Virus record (IMG/VR): IMGVR_UViG_3300045988_176357 | Span: 128,053 to 192,052 of that record | DNA: 64,000 nucleotides | DNA from: a virus | Reading direction: 5' to 3' (one strand) | Part shown: one piece after another, positions 49,263-59,475 of the stretch | How the letters are laid out: each line of letters begins with the position of its first letter | Numbering within the stretch: the stretch's first letter is position 1 | Translations under genes and position numbers: made by a program | The notes under the pieces: generated by a model | The model's database searches: none | Seen by the model: only the letters and a program-made list of their open reading frames with translations | Told to the model about the DNA's origin: nothing

Positions 49263-50148
49263 TGTCGTAGTGATTGGGTGCGGAGGTATCGGCGGCTATC
49301 TTTGTCGACTGCTTCCACAGACAATGGCATGCCTGTATGTCGATTCCCTGGGTGCCGACCAGGCTCAGCAGCTCATGCAGTCGGAAGGGATGTCTGATGA
49401 CGTGCGAGCTTCAGGCGCAGTCTTCAGCTCCCTTACCCTTATAGATGGCGACACGTTCTCAGGACATAACGCACTTAGGCAGGAAGGAACGGCTGGCAGC
49501 AAGCTGGCAACTGTCATGTCTATGATACGCAGCACAGACGCCTTCAGTACCTGGCTCAACGCCACGGAACTTGTCGGGTATAACAACTACATCACGCCCA
49601 GGAACATACATAAAATCTTAGATCCCTTGTATAACGTCGTCATATTCCTGTGTGTCGACAACCATAAAACAAGGTACGAAGTGACCAGATGGGCAGTGGA
49701 TCAGAAAACACAGAATATCCTGATCATTAACGGCGGCAATAAGAAAACAGCCGGGAATGTCACGGTATTCCAGAATAACGCAGGCAAGCTTCTCGATCCC
49801 CCTATCTACAAGCTGTATCCTGAAGTGACGGACAAGTTTGATCGTCGTCCCGACGAGATAGACTGCGGCTCAGTGTCGGTAACCAACGACCAGACAGCAG
49901 TGACCAACAATATGATAGCATCTATAATGCTCGCCATGTTCAGCAAGTATGTTCGCACAGGGGGCTTCGACCAGAAAACCAGACATAAAGATGCCAATGG
50001 AAACAACATTGTAGTCAGGAAAAATGAAGTCGTAGTCGACTTCGAAACCATGACTATGCAATCGTTCGCACATTCACCGGACACAGACAATACGCCTTTG
50101 CAGTCGGCACTCGAGGGAGTTCCGGAAGGCGAGACAGAAATCATATAA
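49195..50148 (+). CDS. E1-like (ThiF/MoeB family) adenylyltransferase
   Basis: VIGCGGIGG Rossmann motif; LIDGDTFSGHNALRQ compared with DxDxVExSNLNRQ. Confidence 0.6.
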   Translation: MMQLLEMKMIHVVRHGMIRNPLNVVVIGCGGIGGYLCRLLPQTMACLYVDSLGADQAQQLMQSEGMSDDVRASGAVFSSLTLIDGDTFSGHNALRQEGTAGSKLATVMSMIRSTDAFSTWLNATELVGYNNYITPRNIHKILDPLYNVVIFLCVDNHKTRYEVTRWAVDQKTQNILIINGGNKKTAGNVTVFQNNAGKLLDPPIYKLYPEVTDKFDRRPDEIDCGSVSVTNDQTAVTNNMIASIMLAMFSKYVRTGGFDQKTRHKDANGNNIVVRKNEVVVDFETMTMQSFAHSPDTDNTPLQSALEGVPEGETEII

Positions 50149-50162
50149 GAAAGGAAACACAA

Positions 50163-50483
50163 ATGCACAAACTCACAATCAACGGATCCACCTCCACCCA
50201 GATCAAACTCGGACGTTACACCACAGTGCTCAATCTCAGGAAGGCCCTGCAGGAAGTAGGGTACAACGTTAAAGGCAAGGCGTGCCTTATCAAGCAGACG
50301 CACAGCAGCATGCCCGCCAGAGCCAGAGACAATTACGTCATCCAGTACGGAGACGAGATCGAGTTTACCAACGTGCCGCCCAAGATCGGAGCCAGAAAAG
50401 AGCGTGGTTCAGGAACCACTGTCACTGTAGGACGCAACACATTCACGTTCAATGACGGCGTTCTCATCATCTGCAGCCTGTGA
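50163..50483 (+). CDS. small protein, possible ubiquitin-like beta-grasp
   Basis: Size and operon position only. Confidence 0.3.
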   Translation: MHKLTINGSTSTQIKLGRYTTVLNLRKALQEVGYNVKGKACLIKQTHSSMPARARDNYVIQYGDEIEFTNVPPKIGARKERGSGTTVTVGRNTFTFNDGVLIICSL

Positions 50484-50521
50484 TTACAACTAACAAACTA
50501 TAATACGAAAGGAAAACACAT

Positions 50522-51943
50522 ATGATCATCATTGCAACTGCTAACAACAACGAAAACCTCAACAACATCAGGATCAACCTTGACAACAGCATCTCTCTCG
50601 GTCAGCTTCTCGACAGAGATGATGTTCGTGCATTCTTCCACAATGCCAGCAAAGAGAGCATTCTGGCAAGCCTCGTTACCATTGACGGACTCGATGCCTA
50701 TGCCATTACGAATGCGAGCTCTCTGACTGTTGACAATACTATGGAATTGCAGTTCGACATCTACGGCAGAGCACCGGAGACCGCACATACAGCTGCTGCT
50801 TCCGCCGGGTTCGTCACAATTACTCAGGGCGGAGGTTTCAACAGCAAGCGTGTGCCTATTGTGTCAGATACGACAAGAGCAGGGGATGTGCTTACACAGG
50901 ATGTGGCCAATTTCTTCGCCACAACTGTGGATACTCTGCACAATATGCGTATTCTTATCAATGATGTCGAGGCGGAAACAACAGCTGTACTGCACGACGG
51001 CGACGCGATTACTCTCATGTCCAGAAAGTGCGGCGACAAGGGGGCATGTGTACCCATTCTTGCAATTACGCATACTGACGGATCTGTGACGAGACATGCA
51101 GTCCTTGCAGGTTCCAGGCTCAAGGAATGTCTCTCCAGGATTGTTCCCGGTGCGGTAGTGCTGTCTATCGACGGTACAGCGGTACCCATGAACTTCTATG
51201 ATGCTATTGTAGAAGGCAAGCTGGTTGACAAGGACATGCAAGTGACTGTCAACGATAACAAGAAGTGCACGGTGCATTGCTGCGCCAATGACGGCAGTGA
51301 TCCGGTCGACATGATCCTGGATGATGGCAGTTCTGTGATGGACCTGCTTACCAAAGTACAGGACAAGTTTGAAAACGCTGAGATCTATGTCTTTGACGTG
51401 GACGGCGATCTGGTACCGGAAGCTTTCGCCGATACCATCCTGACTAATACACTTGTCGTTGATGGTATGTATGTAACTTTCAGTTCGCTGCGTGAGATGC
51501 CTGTTGTACATGGCTATATGAACATGGAAGACGACAGCGAAGAAGATGAAGAAGATGAAGAAGATGGTGCTGAGTATGCAGATGACGAGCAGGTACTTGA
51601 AGGTCCTGCAGAAGATGCTGTAGGCGCCGTAACAGTCGTTCTTCCCGGGGGCTTCAGCACCTCTCAGGTCGCAATCAGGAACAATGTGACGAAGCTTCGT
51701 GATGTTGTTCTCAGCGCACGTATTCTGAATATGTCTGCGATGAACGAAAGCCAGGCGCAGACTCTCGTATACACAGTGAACGATGTCGAGAGCAATCTCG
51801 ATGATACTCTGAGCATCGGTGATGTGATCCGGATGTCTGCACGTAAAGCAGGCGACAAAGGAAGTGCATTGAAAGTTACTGTCAAGCTGATGGATGCCAC
51901 CGAATTCCGGTATGACGTGGAGCCGGGGACAAGGCTCGAGGCT
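50522..51943 (+). CDS. multi-domain ubiquitin-like protein, exon 1
   Basis: Repeated ~90-aa modules ending (I/M)S(R/A)K(C/A)GDKG; acidic linker; ORF runs into the IStron E 5' end. Confidence 0.45.
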
Positions 51944-53606
51944 TAACAACCTCCATTGAGGAGTGATCCTCAATGCAAAGAAAGTGAATTGCTAATAGAT
52001 CCCAAGAGTCTCACGACGCCTTTAACAAGGATCGAAAGAGAAAACAAAGAAGTGAGGATACCGCAAGGCGACAGTAAGCCTAAACGGGAGTGACAACGGA
52101 CGTTTAGCAGCCGAGCCTTGTATCGAGAGATACCCGGTACAAGGAAGGTTCATCGACTAGGACATCGTGTCCGTACCCGAGCAGCCGTGTGCGTGATAAC
52201 GCACGAAAGCAAGGGGAAGTACTCTGGCTCAGGAATGAGTCAATGAAATAGTCAGTGCTTCATGGAAACATGAAGAGTGGTCAGGAGTGACAACCTGAAA
52301 CCTGCTACTGGGCGGCAACCGGTAGTGAACAGAACCATGGACTTCAATTGTATTGTTATTTCGTCAAGTTTTATTTACCGTTTTGATCTTTACAGAACGG
52401 AGTTATAATACTCTCAGTAACTGGAGAACACTTTGGAACCAAGAGCACACATAATCAGATTGTACCCGACAAGGGCACAGGAGAAGCAGCTGAAGAATAC
52501 CATCGGCTGCGCTCGTTATGCGTACAATTGGGCTCTCGAGAAGTGGCGGGAGATGTATGCCGCACATGATAAGGACAAGGCTTCTCCAAAGCCAAGTGCC
52601 TTGAAGCTGACCAAGTTATGGACTCAGGAGAAGCCTGACTGGGCACATGAGACAGCTTATTGCAGCCAGCAAAGAGCGATACATAACGTAGGCGTCGCTT
52701 ATCAGCGCCTTTAGAGGGGCTTATCGGCGAAGCCGAAGTTCCATAAGAAGGGCGGCAAGGAGACGTTTTACGTTGATAATGCGAAGGTCGCATGGTACGG
52801 CAATAGAATCCAGTTGCCCGACATCGGACGTGTCCGCGTAGCGGAGCAGATCCGTTTCGAGGGCAAGGTAATGGGCTACACAGTGTCCCATTATGCCGGA
52901 CAGTGGCATCTCATAGCTCAGGTCAACGCCGAAGGTGATGTGAAACCTTATTGTGCCAATCCAGAGTCCGTCGTCGGTATCGACGTAGGACTTCTGAATC
53001 CTGCTGTAGCCTCCGATGGAACCGTCTTGGAGCTCCCTATTGAGAAGCTTCAGAAGCTCGACGCCAAACTCAGGCGACAGCAGAAGGCACTCTCCCGTTC
53101 ACAAAGAAACTCCAGAAACCACGCGAAGCTTCTCATAAAGAAGCAGCGTACACAGAATAAGATCAACAACATCCGTAAGGATGCAGTACATAAGTTCACG
53201 ACCACCATTGCCAAGAGCCACGGCAAGGTAGTCATCGAAGATCTGGACATCCAAGGAATGAAGGATAAAGCTCCTTCAAGAGCCGTCAGAAGGGCGCATA
53301 ACAGTTCCCTCATGGGCGCCATCCATCGGCAGCTCTCCTACAAAGTCCAGCACCTGATCAAGGTGAATCGCTTCTTCCCGTCTTCCAAGACCTGCAGCAA
53401 CTGCGGGCACATAAGGAGCGCCCTTGATTTAAGTGAACGTACATATCATTGCGACCACTGCGGAGCGGTCATCGACCGCGACCTCAATGCCGCAATCAAC
53501 TTGATGAAATCAGGGCTGGTCGAGCCCGAAGCGTCTGTGGAGCAAGTCGGTACCGACTTGCGTCGAAGCAGAAAGTACAAACGGATGCAATGTCCGTAAG
53601 TTCATG
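51944..53606 (+). mobile_element. IStron copy E (~98% identical to copy A) inside the multi-ubiquitin-like gene
   Basis: Same 5' end (gaggct|taacaacctccattgaggagtgatcctca) and right end; junction ...RLEA|TDFLMS is in frame. Confidence 0.7.
52433..53599 (+). CDS. tnpB: TnpB with in-frame TAG at 52712-52714
   Basis: Same TAG position as copy A. Confidence 0.75.
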
Positions 53607-54017
53607 ACAGATTTCCTTATGTCTAATTATCCGGACTCCATTGTACTTGGCATCAATGGTGTCAGGGTAGATCCTGAGTTCTATGTGCCTGTTCTTGATG
53701 GCTTCACCCTGAACAGAGATACTGTGCTGATTGTGAAGGCCAGCCCGAAGATGACAGTGCACTGTTACTCCGGACATGTCGAGCCAAGCCTCTACTGCAC
53801 ATCTTATAAGATGAATTACGACAGTACCGTACAGGACTTGCTTAAACTGGTACAGAAGGACTTCGGCAATGAAGACATACGCGTGACGCAGATTGATCTC
53901 AAGGACGTACCGGAAGACTTTATGCAGGTTATCCTGGCAGGCACGTTTATTACAGAGCAAATGGTTGTTACTTTCAATGAGCTCAATGGAGCGGGAAAGG
54001 CACGCAAGACACTGTAA
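53607..54017 (+). CDS. multi-ubiquitin-like protein, exon 2 (ends ..NGAGKARKTL)
   Basis: In-frame continuation after the IStron. Confidence 0.45.
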   Translation, partial: TDFLMSNYPDSIVLGINGVRVDPEFYVPVLDGFTLNRDTVLIVKASPKMTVHCYSGHVEPSLYCTSYKMNYDSTVQDLLKLVQKDFGNEDIRVTQIDLKDVPEDFMQVILAGTFITEQMVVTFNELNGAGKARKTL

Positions 54018-54058
54018 AGCAAGGAGATCAGGCGCCCTGAGATATGGGCGCCTTTACC

Positions 54059-54580
54059 ATGGAAACATATACGCCTAAAACATTCACATTTGATATTCCG
54101 ATAAGGGCAAAGGCAGTACAGAGCACACGCTTTGCCAGAGGCCACTCTTTTGTCGACGCAAAGACAAAGAAATGGAAAAAGGCTGTCGGAGACTGTATCA
54201 AGTTACACGCTCCAGATGTACCCAGCGAGCTTCCTTTTGAGGTCGTAGAGGCGGTATACACATTCAAGCTGCCTCAGGCACTGACAAAGAAAGCTCGTGC
54301 TCGCATTGAAGGTGCATGGGCCAGAGGAGAAGATGTCGCGTACATCAGCACACCGGACCTCGATTCCAACATAAACAAGGGTCTGTCTGACCTGCTCACC
54401 GACATGGGCGTGTGGGCAGATGACAGGCGCATGTGGCGTGTGGCAAAGGACGCTGTCATCAAGAAAGTGTACGGAAAGGTGGACAGCATCCGCATCACAG
54501 TAAGAGAGACGCCATTTGTTCTTCTGAGCAACGGCAAGACAGCCTTGGAACACTTCTATGGACATCCTGGAACTGCGTAA
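54059..54580 (+). CDS. rusA: RusA-like Holliday junction resolvase
   Basis: PDLDSNINKGLSDLLTDMGVWADDRRM. Confidence 0.6.
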   Translation: METYTPKTFTFDIPIRAKAVQSTRFARGHSFVDAKTKKWKKAVGDCIKLHAPDVPSELPFEVVEAVYTFKLPQALTKKARARIEGAWARGEDVAYISTPDLDSNINKGLSDLLTDMGVWADDRRMWRVAKDAVIKKVYGKVDSIRITVRETPFVLLSNGKTALEHFYGHPGTA

Positions 54581-54908
54581 ACGGCTGCACGAAATGCTCG
54601 ACCCGTTGTGGCAGACAGGTCAGTACAGACGCGATGATCTGTATCAGGAGCTCAGCAGCCTGCTGAAAAAGGATGCACATGTGTCCAAGATGACTGAGCA
54701 GGAGATATCAAAGTGTGCGGAATATCTTGCTGCCAGAACAGCTGTAGCGTATCCATGCTACAGATGCGTCCACCATATAACAGACATCAATAACATACCA
54801 GTGTGCGCTAAGCACATAGAAAGGGGGAATCGTTGTGAGCGTTTCTGCGCTTCAGAAAATTTTCGATCAGGCACTTACAACAGCAACCGAAGCACAGTAT
54901 TGGGTTGA
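54558..54908 (+). CDS. hypothetical protein
   Basis: ORF. Confidence 0.3.
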   Translation: MDILELRKRLHEMLDPLWQTGQYRRDDLYQELSSLLKKDAHVSKMTEQEISKCAEYLAARTAVAYPCYRCVHHITDINNIPVCAKHIERGNRCERFCASENFRSGTYNSNRSTVLG

Positions 54909-56052
54909 CAGCGGCCAGAAGTGGCAGTACTGCAAGACGTGTATCTATGCAGTGCCCACGCAGACAAATGACAGCAGGCCCACAGCTTTTGCGAACAAGA
55001 AAATGAATGCCAACCTGGCAGCCAATCCTACGCTGTGTTATCCTGAGAACATGGTAACGCAGGTATGTGAACTGACAGGAGAATACACAGACTTTATTTT
55101 CGGAGGCGGCTTTGTTGTTGCTGCAGGCAAGGGCAGCATAAGGCACGAGCTCTTGAATGACCTTCCCATAAGGCATTACAAGTTCACACAGCCACGTGCA
55201 TTTTCATATATGCAGGAACATGGCGGCATGCTGTGTGTTGTAAAAACCACAGGTTTTCCAATCGTAAGGCTGATGGAAGGCGACGAGATGCTGTTCGTAC
55301 TGCCTGCATATGAGAAAGAAATCGAAGATATCACATTCGAACATGAAGGTCGACAATACAAGTGCATAGGCTGGATCGATGACACAAGAAGCTATGCAAG
55401 AATAGAGGAGGTAACAGTGGCAGATTTCTCAAATCTTATCGGGCTTGGCAACAAGCAGGTAGCCGAGGTTCTCGGGGAAACACAGGAAACTTTGCAGGAG
55501 CAGGGCGTCATCCCGTCTGATTCCGGCAGCAGTGAAATGTCCTTCGCAAAGGATAAGGATGCGATGCTGAAAGTACTCAACAGCATTCCGACAGGCGCAA
55601 ACAGAGCTCGCAAGAAACCTGTACAGGAACCAGAGCAACCCAAACAGACAGAGAAAGAAGATCCTGTCAAGGACTTCAAGCAGGTTGAAGCAGGCAAGGT
55701 GACAGGCACGATTGTCACTTCAGTGCCTTCCGACTCTGCAACACCTGCCGAACAGGCAGAAGCACCTAAAGCAGAGCCTAAGGCTGAACCTGTGCAGGAA
55801 GAAACAAAGAAGAGCACACGCAGGAAGACACCTAAGGGAAAGTGCACGGATCTTACAGACATCATTGAACAGGTTGCACAGGATGTTCCTGAAGATATGC
55901 CTGTCGAAGATGTGCTTAAGGAAATCAGACAGCTCAGAGACCTGATGATCGCGGCTTCAAGGCGCTCGGCGAATCTTGCTCTGAAGTATCTCGACAAAGC
56001 GTCTGACGCTGAGATCAAGATCACGCAGCTCAAGGAATTGCTTAAATGCTGA
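54835..56052 (+). CDS. hypothetical protein
   Basis: ORF. Confidence 0.45.
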   Translation: MSVSALQKIFDQALTTATEAQYWVDSGQKWQYCKTCIYAVPTQTNDSRPTAFANKKMNANLAANPTLCYPENMVTQVCELTGEYTDFIFGGGFVVAAGKGSIRHELLNDLPIRHYKFTQPRAFSYMQEHGGMLCVVKTTGFPIVRLMEGDEMLFVLPAYEKEIEDITFEHEGRQYKCIGWIDDTRSYARIEEVTVADFSNLIGLGNKQVAEVLGETQETLQEQGVIPSDSGSSEMSFAKDKDAMLKVLNSIPTGANRARKKPVQEPEQPKQTEKEDPVKDFKQVEAGKVTGTIVTSVPSDSATPAEQAEAPKAEPKAEPVQEETKKSTRRKTPKGKCTDLTDIIEQVAQDVPEDMPVEDVLKEIRQLRDLMIAASRRSANLALKYLDKASDAEIKITQLKELLKC

Positions 56053-56684
56053 TATCCGATCTGCAAAGGGCGGTGACGCGCAGTGCCTTACAGCGTAACG
56101 ACTATATGCTGCAAGACATATCTATGCTACCTGAGGTTAACAGTGAAGTCATTGCACCGCGTTCAACAGCGGTACGCTATATGACCAGATATGAGCACAT
56201 AGATTTTAGTTCTGCCGACGATGGTCCAGGGTGCGTCATGATCCCGCATGAACAATATCTTCGCATAGGTGAAAATGGGCAGTTCACATTGCTTGATCAG
56301 CACATACCAGAGAGGCGCTACATTGAGTTCGGCGACAACTGCTTTTTCAGTATGTACAGTGTAACTGAGCATGCCAAGAATGTTGTCATTACCGGTAAAA
56401 ATGACTGCAGTGTCATAATCAAAGACCGCTTGTGCGATGATTTTCGGCTGGAAGGCGACAGTTATGTATGCAAGATCCTGAGGGAAGATTTAACAATAAT
56501 AGTAGTGTTGAAAGGAACTCTGACAATGACTATAGATGGGGAATCCTTGATTTTCCCCGAGCATACGAGACACACGTTTTATCCTGGTTTTATAGATACT
56601 GGTAAACTTGATGCGGTTAAAGTCCGCATAAATACTGATCTCGGCATGCAGAGAGCTGAAAATAACAGGTTCCGCTATGCCTAA
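56046..56684 (+). CDS. hypothetical protein
   Basis: ORF. Confidence 0.4.
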   Translation: MLISDLQRAVTRSALQRNDYMLQDISMLPEVNSEVIAPRSTAVRYMTRYEHIDFSSADDGPGCVMIPHEQYLRIGENGQFTLLDQHIPERRYIEFGDNCFFSMYSVTEHAKNVVITGKNDCSVIIKDRLCDDFRLEGDSYVCKILREDLTIIVVLKGTLTMTIDGESLIFPEHTRHTFYPGFIDTGKLDAVKVRINTDLGMQRAENNRFRYA

Positions 56685-57264
56685 TGCTGAACACGAATCA
56701 GATCGGCACAGCAGCAACCGGCAATCCGAGATGCCCATAGAGCTGTATGATCCAGACTATCCAGAAGGTGATCCTGAAGAGGCGGCCAAGGCCAGAATAA
56801 AGAACGAGGATCTGGTGCGACAGCTTACAGCAGCCAGGTCAGAGTTCTGCGGCATAGGTACGAACAAGGTCAAGAGACGCCTCAATCGGATTGCTGTCAG
56901 AGATCCCGATGCTATGTACGTCAGAAAGCTCCTCGAAATAGAGGACACGAATATACGTGCAAAGCAGTGCAGCAAGTATAAGTACAAGAACAAGATATAC
57001 GGCACTAAGGAATATCTGCTGAAGGAACTTGTGGCATTCTGCATAGAGCACAATTATGTGCACGGCATGCAGGAAACAGATAACTTCAGTACATCCAAAG
57101 TGCTGTACTTTGAGCTGCCCGACGGCACTCAAGTGTCTTTCCACTGCAACGATGCCAGAGCCAGACCCTATAAAGGTACATGGGACGGTCTTGTGAACTC
57201 GACGCTGCCCAAGCTTGAAAAGTACATAAGGCAGCACTACGGAAAGGAACTCGATGTCCACTAA
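56677..57264 (+). CDS. hypothetical protein
   Basis: ORF. Confidence 0.4.
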   Translation: MPNAEHESDRHSSNRQSEMPIELYDPDYPEGDPEEAAKARIKNEDLVRQLTAARSEFCGIGTNKVKRRLNRIAVRDPDAMYVRKLLEIEDTNIRAKQCSKYKYKNKIYGTKEYLLKELVAFCIEHNYVHGMQETDNFSTSKVLYFELPDGTQVSFHCNDARARPYKGTWDGLVNSTLPKLEKYIRQHYGKELDVH

Positions 57265-57781
57265 CCTGGAAAAGGAAATAGCAAGACTCGATATCAGGCA
57301 GCAGCCTGTGGACGGCCTTGAAATTGCCCCTGGCTGTGTGCGCACTTCAGGCGGGTTCGTTATTCGAACACCAAAATCCAAGCTGAAGAAACAGACGATA
57401 AAACAGCAGACACAACCGGAGGCGCCGGTAACCAAGACTGCAACACGGTCTGTGCTGCCTGCACCTGAACCCGCAGCTCCTGTACATGTGCAGACCGAGA
57501 CGCGTCCTGTGTACAGAGAGCCTGAACAGCAGGTCACTTTTACTACTCCTGTAGGAAGCATATCCGGCAAGTACTGGCCGGTCATAGATGCAGGTGACTA
57601 TGTTGTTCTTGGGCTGACGGAGCAGTCGTTTGTTCCGTCCACGTACAAGGATGCGCCTGATATGAAGCTGCAGTTAAAGTCCGGCAAGATGGATGCTTGT
57701 GTTGTTTACACAGGCTGCAGGTTCACTGATCCTGATATTGAGAGAGAATACATTGTAATGCTGAAGGTAAACAATGCTTAA
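57254..57781 (+). CDS. hypothetical protein
   Basis: ORF. Confidence 0.4.
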   Translation: MSTNLEKEIARLDIRQQPVDGLEIAPGCVRTSGGFVIRTPKSKLKKQTIKQQTQPEAPVTKTATRSVLPAPEPAAPVHVQTETRPVYREPEQQVTFTTPVGSISGKYWPVIDAGDYVVLGLTEQSFVPSTYKDAPDMKLQLKSGKMDACVVYTGCRFTDPDIEREYIVMLKVNNA

Positions 57782-57937
57782 CAAACAAAGTAACAAAGGA
57801 ATTCCCTGCACATATTGTGACGAGAAGGCGCTGCCGGATACGCAGCCGCCAGTGTGTGCAAAACACAAGGGAATCAAGAAAAAGGCTTCCGGAGCGGTAA
57901 CGCTTAAGGAACTCGAAAACAAACCCGCAGGTCAATA

Positions 57938-58492
57938 ATGTTGGCATACCTGACGGTCGTAGGCACTCTGCTTATCATATGGATACTCGCAGCACCTCTG
58001 TATTATTGGATCGCTGCAGGCATAGAGTGTAACGCAAAATACGCTTCCGCAAGGGAGCGCAGAGAAGCGGAATACGCATACATGAACGAACAGTTCAAGC
58101 TGTTTGAAAATGCTGTCCGCGATGAAGCTGATAAGCGACTGTCAGGTCTTGACCGGGAACAAGACAGCCGCCGCAATGCTTTAATACGTGCCAATAAGGC
58201 GCACAAAACACAGAGCAATAAGGTGTACCAAGGTAAACAGGATAAGGCGTACTCAGATAAGGCGCACAAACAGAAAAAGCATATGCGGCAGCTGCCCAAA
58301 CCACAGAAACAAGGAAAGGGCAACAATGCTGGTAAAAAGACCAAGTGCAGCAATAGTAAACGAACCGGACATCTTCCGGCAGATGGAATACGCGGGCAGG
58401 GTGTGCACAAACACTCTGCACAGAATGGACGAAAACAAGGCGCTCGACTTTGTAACAAAAAGGGCGCAGACAAGAGAGTTCAGCGTTCTTGA
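57938..58492 (+). CDS. hypothetical membrane protein (N-terminal TM helix; the 3' part overlaps thyX and may be spurious)
   Basis: Hydrophobic N-terminus. Confidence 0.3.
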   Translation: MLAYLTVVGTLLIIWILAAPLYYWIAAGIECNAKYASARERREAEYAYMNEQFKLFENAVRDEADKRLSGLDREQDSRRNALIRANKAHKTQSNKVYQGKQDKAYSDKAHKQKKHMRQLPKPQKQGKGNNAGKKTKCSNSKRTGHLPADGIRGQGVHKHSAQNGRKQGARLCNKKGADKRVQRS

Positions 58493-59129
58493 GCATGCAG
58501 GCATCGATGTCACAAATGAGATGCCGAAGCTTGACCTGCTCGACGAAGATTCGCCTGAATTCGGCCTTGTAATGTCCAGAGCGGTGCTGGGCGGTATCAG
58601 ATGCAGCGACCTTGCACAATACAGCTCACATCACAGAGATCCGTCCACATGGGCAGACCTGCCCAGAGACCGTACAATTCTGACATTCGATGTTACATGT
58701 TCAAGGGCTACAGCTCAACAGCTCGAAAGACATAGGAACCTGTCCTTCTGTGAGAGATCGCTGCGATATGTCAAGCTGTCGAAGGATACCTTCGAGATGT
58801 GCACGGCAGATCCGGAAAGCAACTCCAATAACAAGGCATTCATGAAGGCGGCGGAAACGGCGCTTGACTGTTATCTCGAGCTGCTTGATTCGGGGTACTC
58901 TGCAGACGATGCAAGAAAAGTGCTTCCTCTCGGAACAGCTACACGTGTCGTAGTCACTGCCCAATGGTCATGGTGGTTAGACGTGCTCAGCAAGCGCTAC
59001 CACAGACGTGCGTCCAGAGAGATGATCCTGCTGATGCAGGAACTGTACAAGCTGATGCCTGAGCAGATCAATCACGTCGTCGACAACAACTTGCAGAAGC
59101 AGTTCGACGAGGCCGACAGGTATGTTTGA
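58326..59129 (+). CDS. thyX: flavin-dependent thymidylate synthase ThyX
   Basis: ThyX signature RHRNLSFCERSLRY (RHR-x7-S). Confidence 0.7.
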   Translation: MLVKRPSAAIVNEPDIFRQMEYAGRVCTNTLHRMDENKALDFVTKRAQTREFSVLEHAGIDVTNEMPKLDLLDEDSPEFGLVMSRAVLGGIRCSDLAQYSSHHRDPSTWADLPRDRTILTFDVTCSRATAQQLERHRNLSFCERSLRYVKLSKDTFEMCTADPESNSNNKAFMKAAETALDCYLELLDSGYSADDARKVLPLGTATRVVVTAQWSWWLDVLSKRYHRRASREMILLMQELYKLMPEQINHVVDNNLQKQFDEADRYV

Positions 59130-59430
59130 CCGACATCGTGATTTTGCGGTAGTCGGCAAACCCGGAATGTCAGGTCGTGTGGTGGGCGAAAAGTCGGTGA
59201 AACAGGAAACGCAGCCAAGGTCGCAAGACGTGCTAAGTGACATCAAGGCTGCGATGTTATCTGTCCAACCGACTGATATAAGTGCAGGTATAAGCAACCT
59301 GCCATTCACATACATAAAGAAACTTGCGTATCTGCGTTCCGTTGAGACCTTCCTCAGCGCACAGCTCAACAGCGTGCGCAAAGAGATACAATCTATACAG
59401 GAAGACTCACTGCTGGATACAGACAATTAA
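59122..59430 (+). CDS. hypothetical protein
   Basis: ORF. Confidence 0.35.
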   Translation: MFDRHRDFAVVGKPGMSGRVVGEKSVKQETQPRSQDVLSDIKAAMLSVQPTDISAGISNLPFTYIKKLAYLRSVETFLSAQLNSVRKEIQSIQEDSLLDTDN

Positions 59431-59475
59431 AACATTCAGCCGGGTACTTATGTGCCCGGCATAAGGACAAACGAA

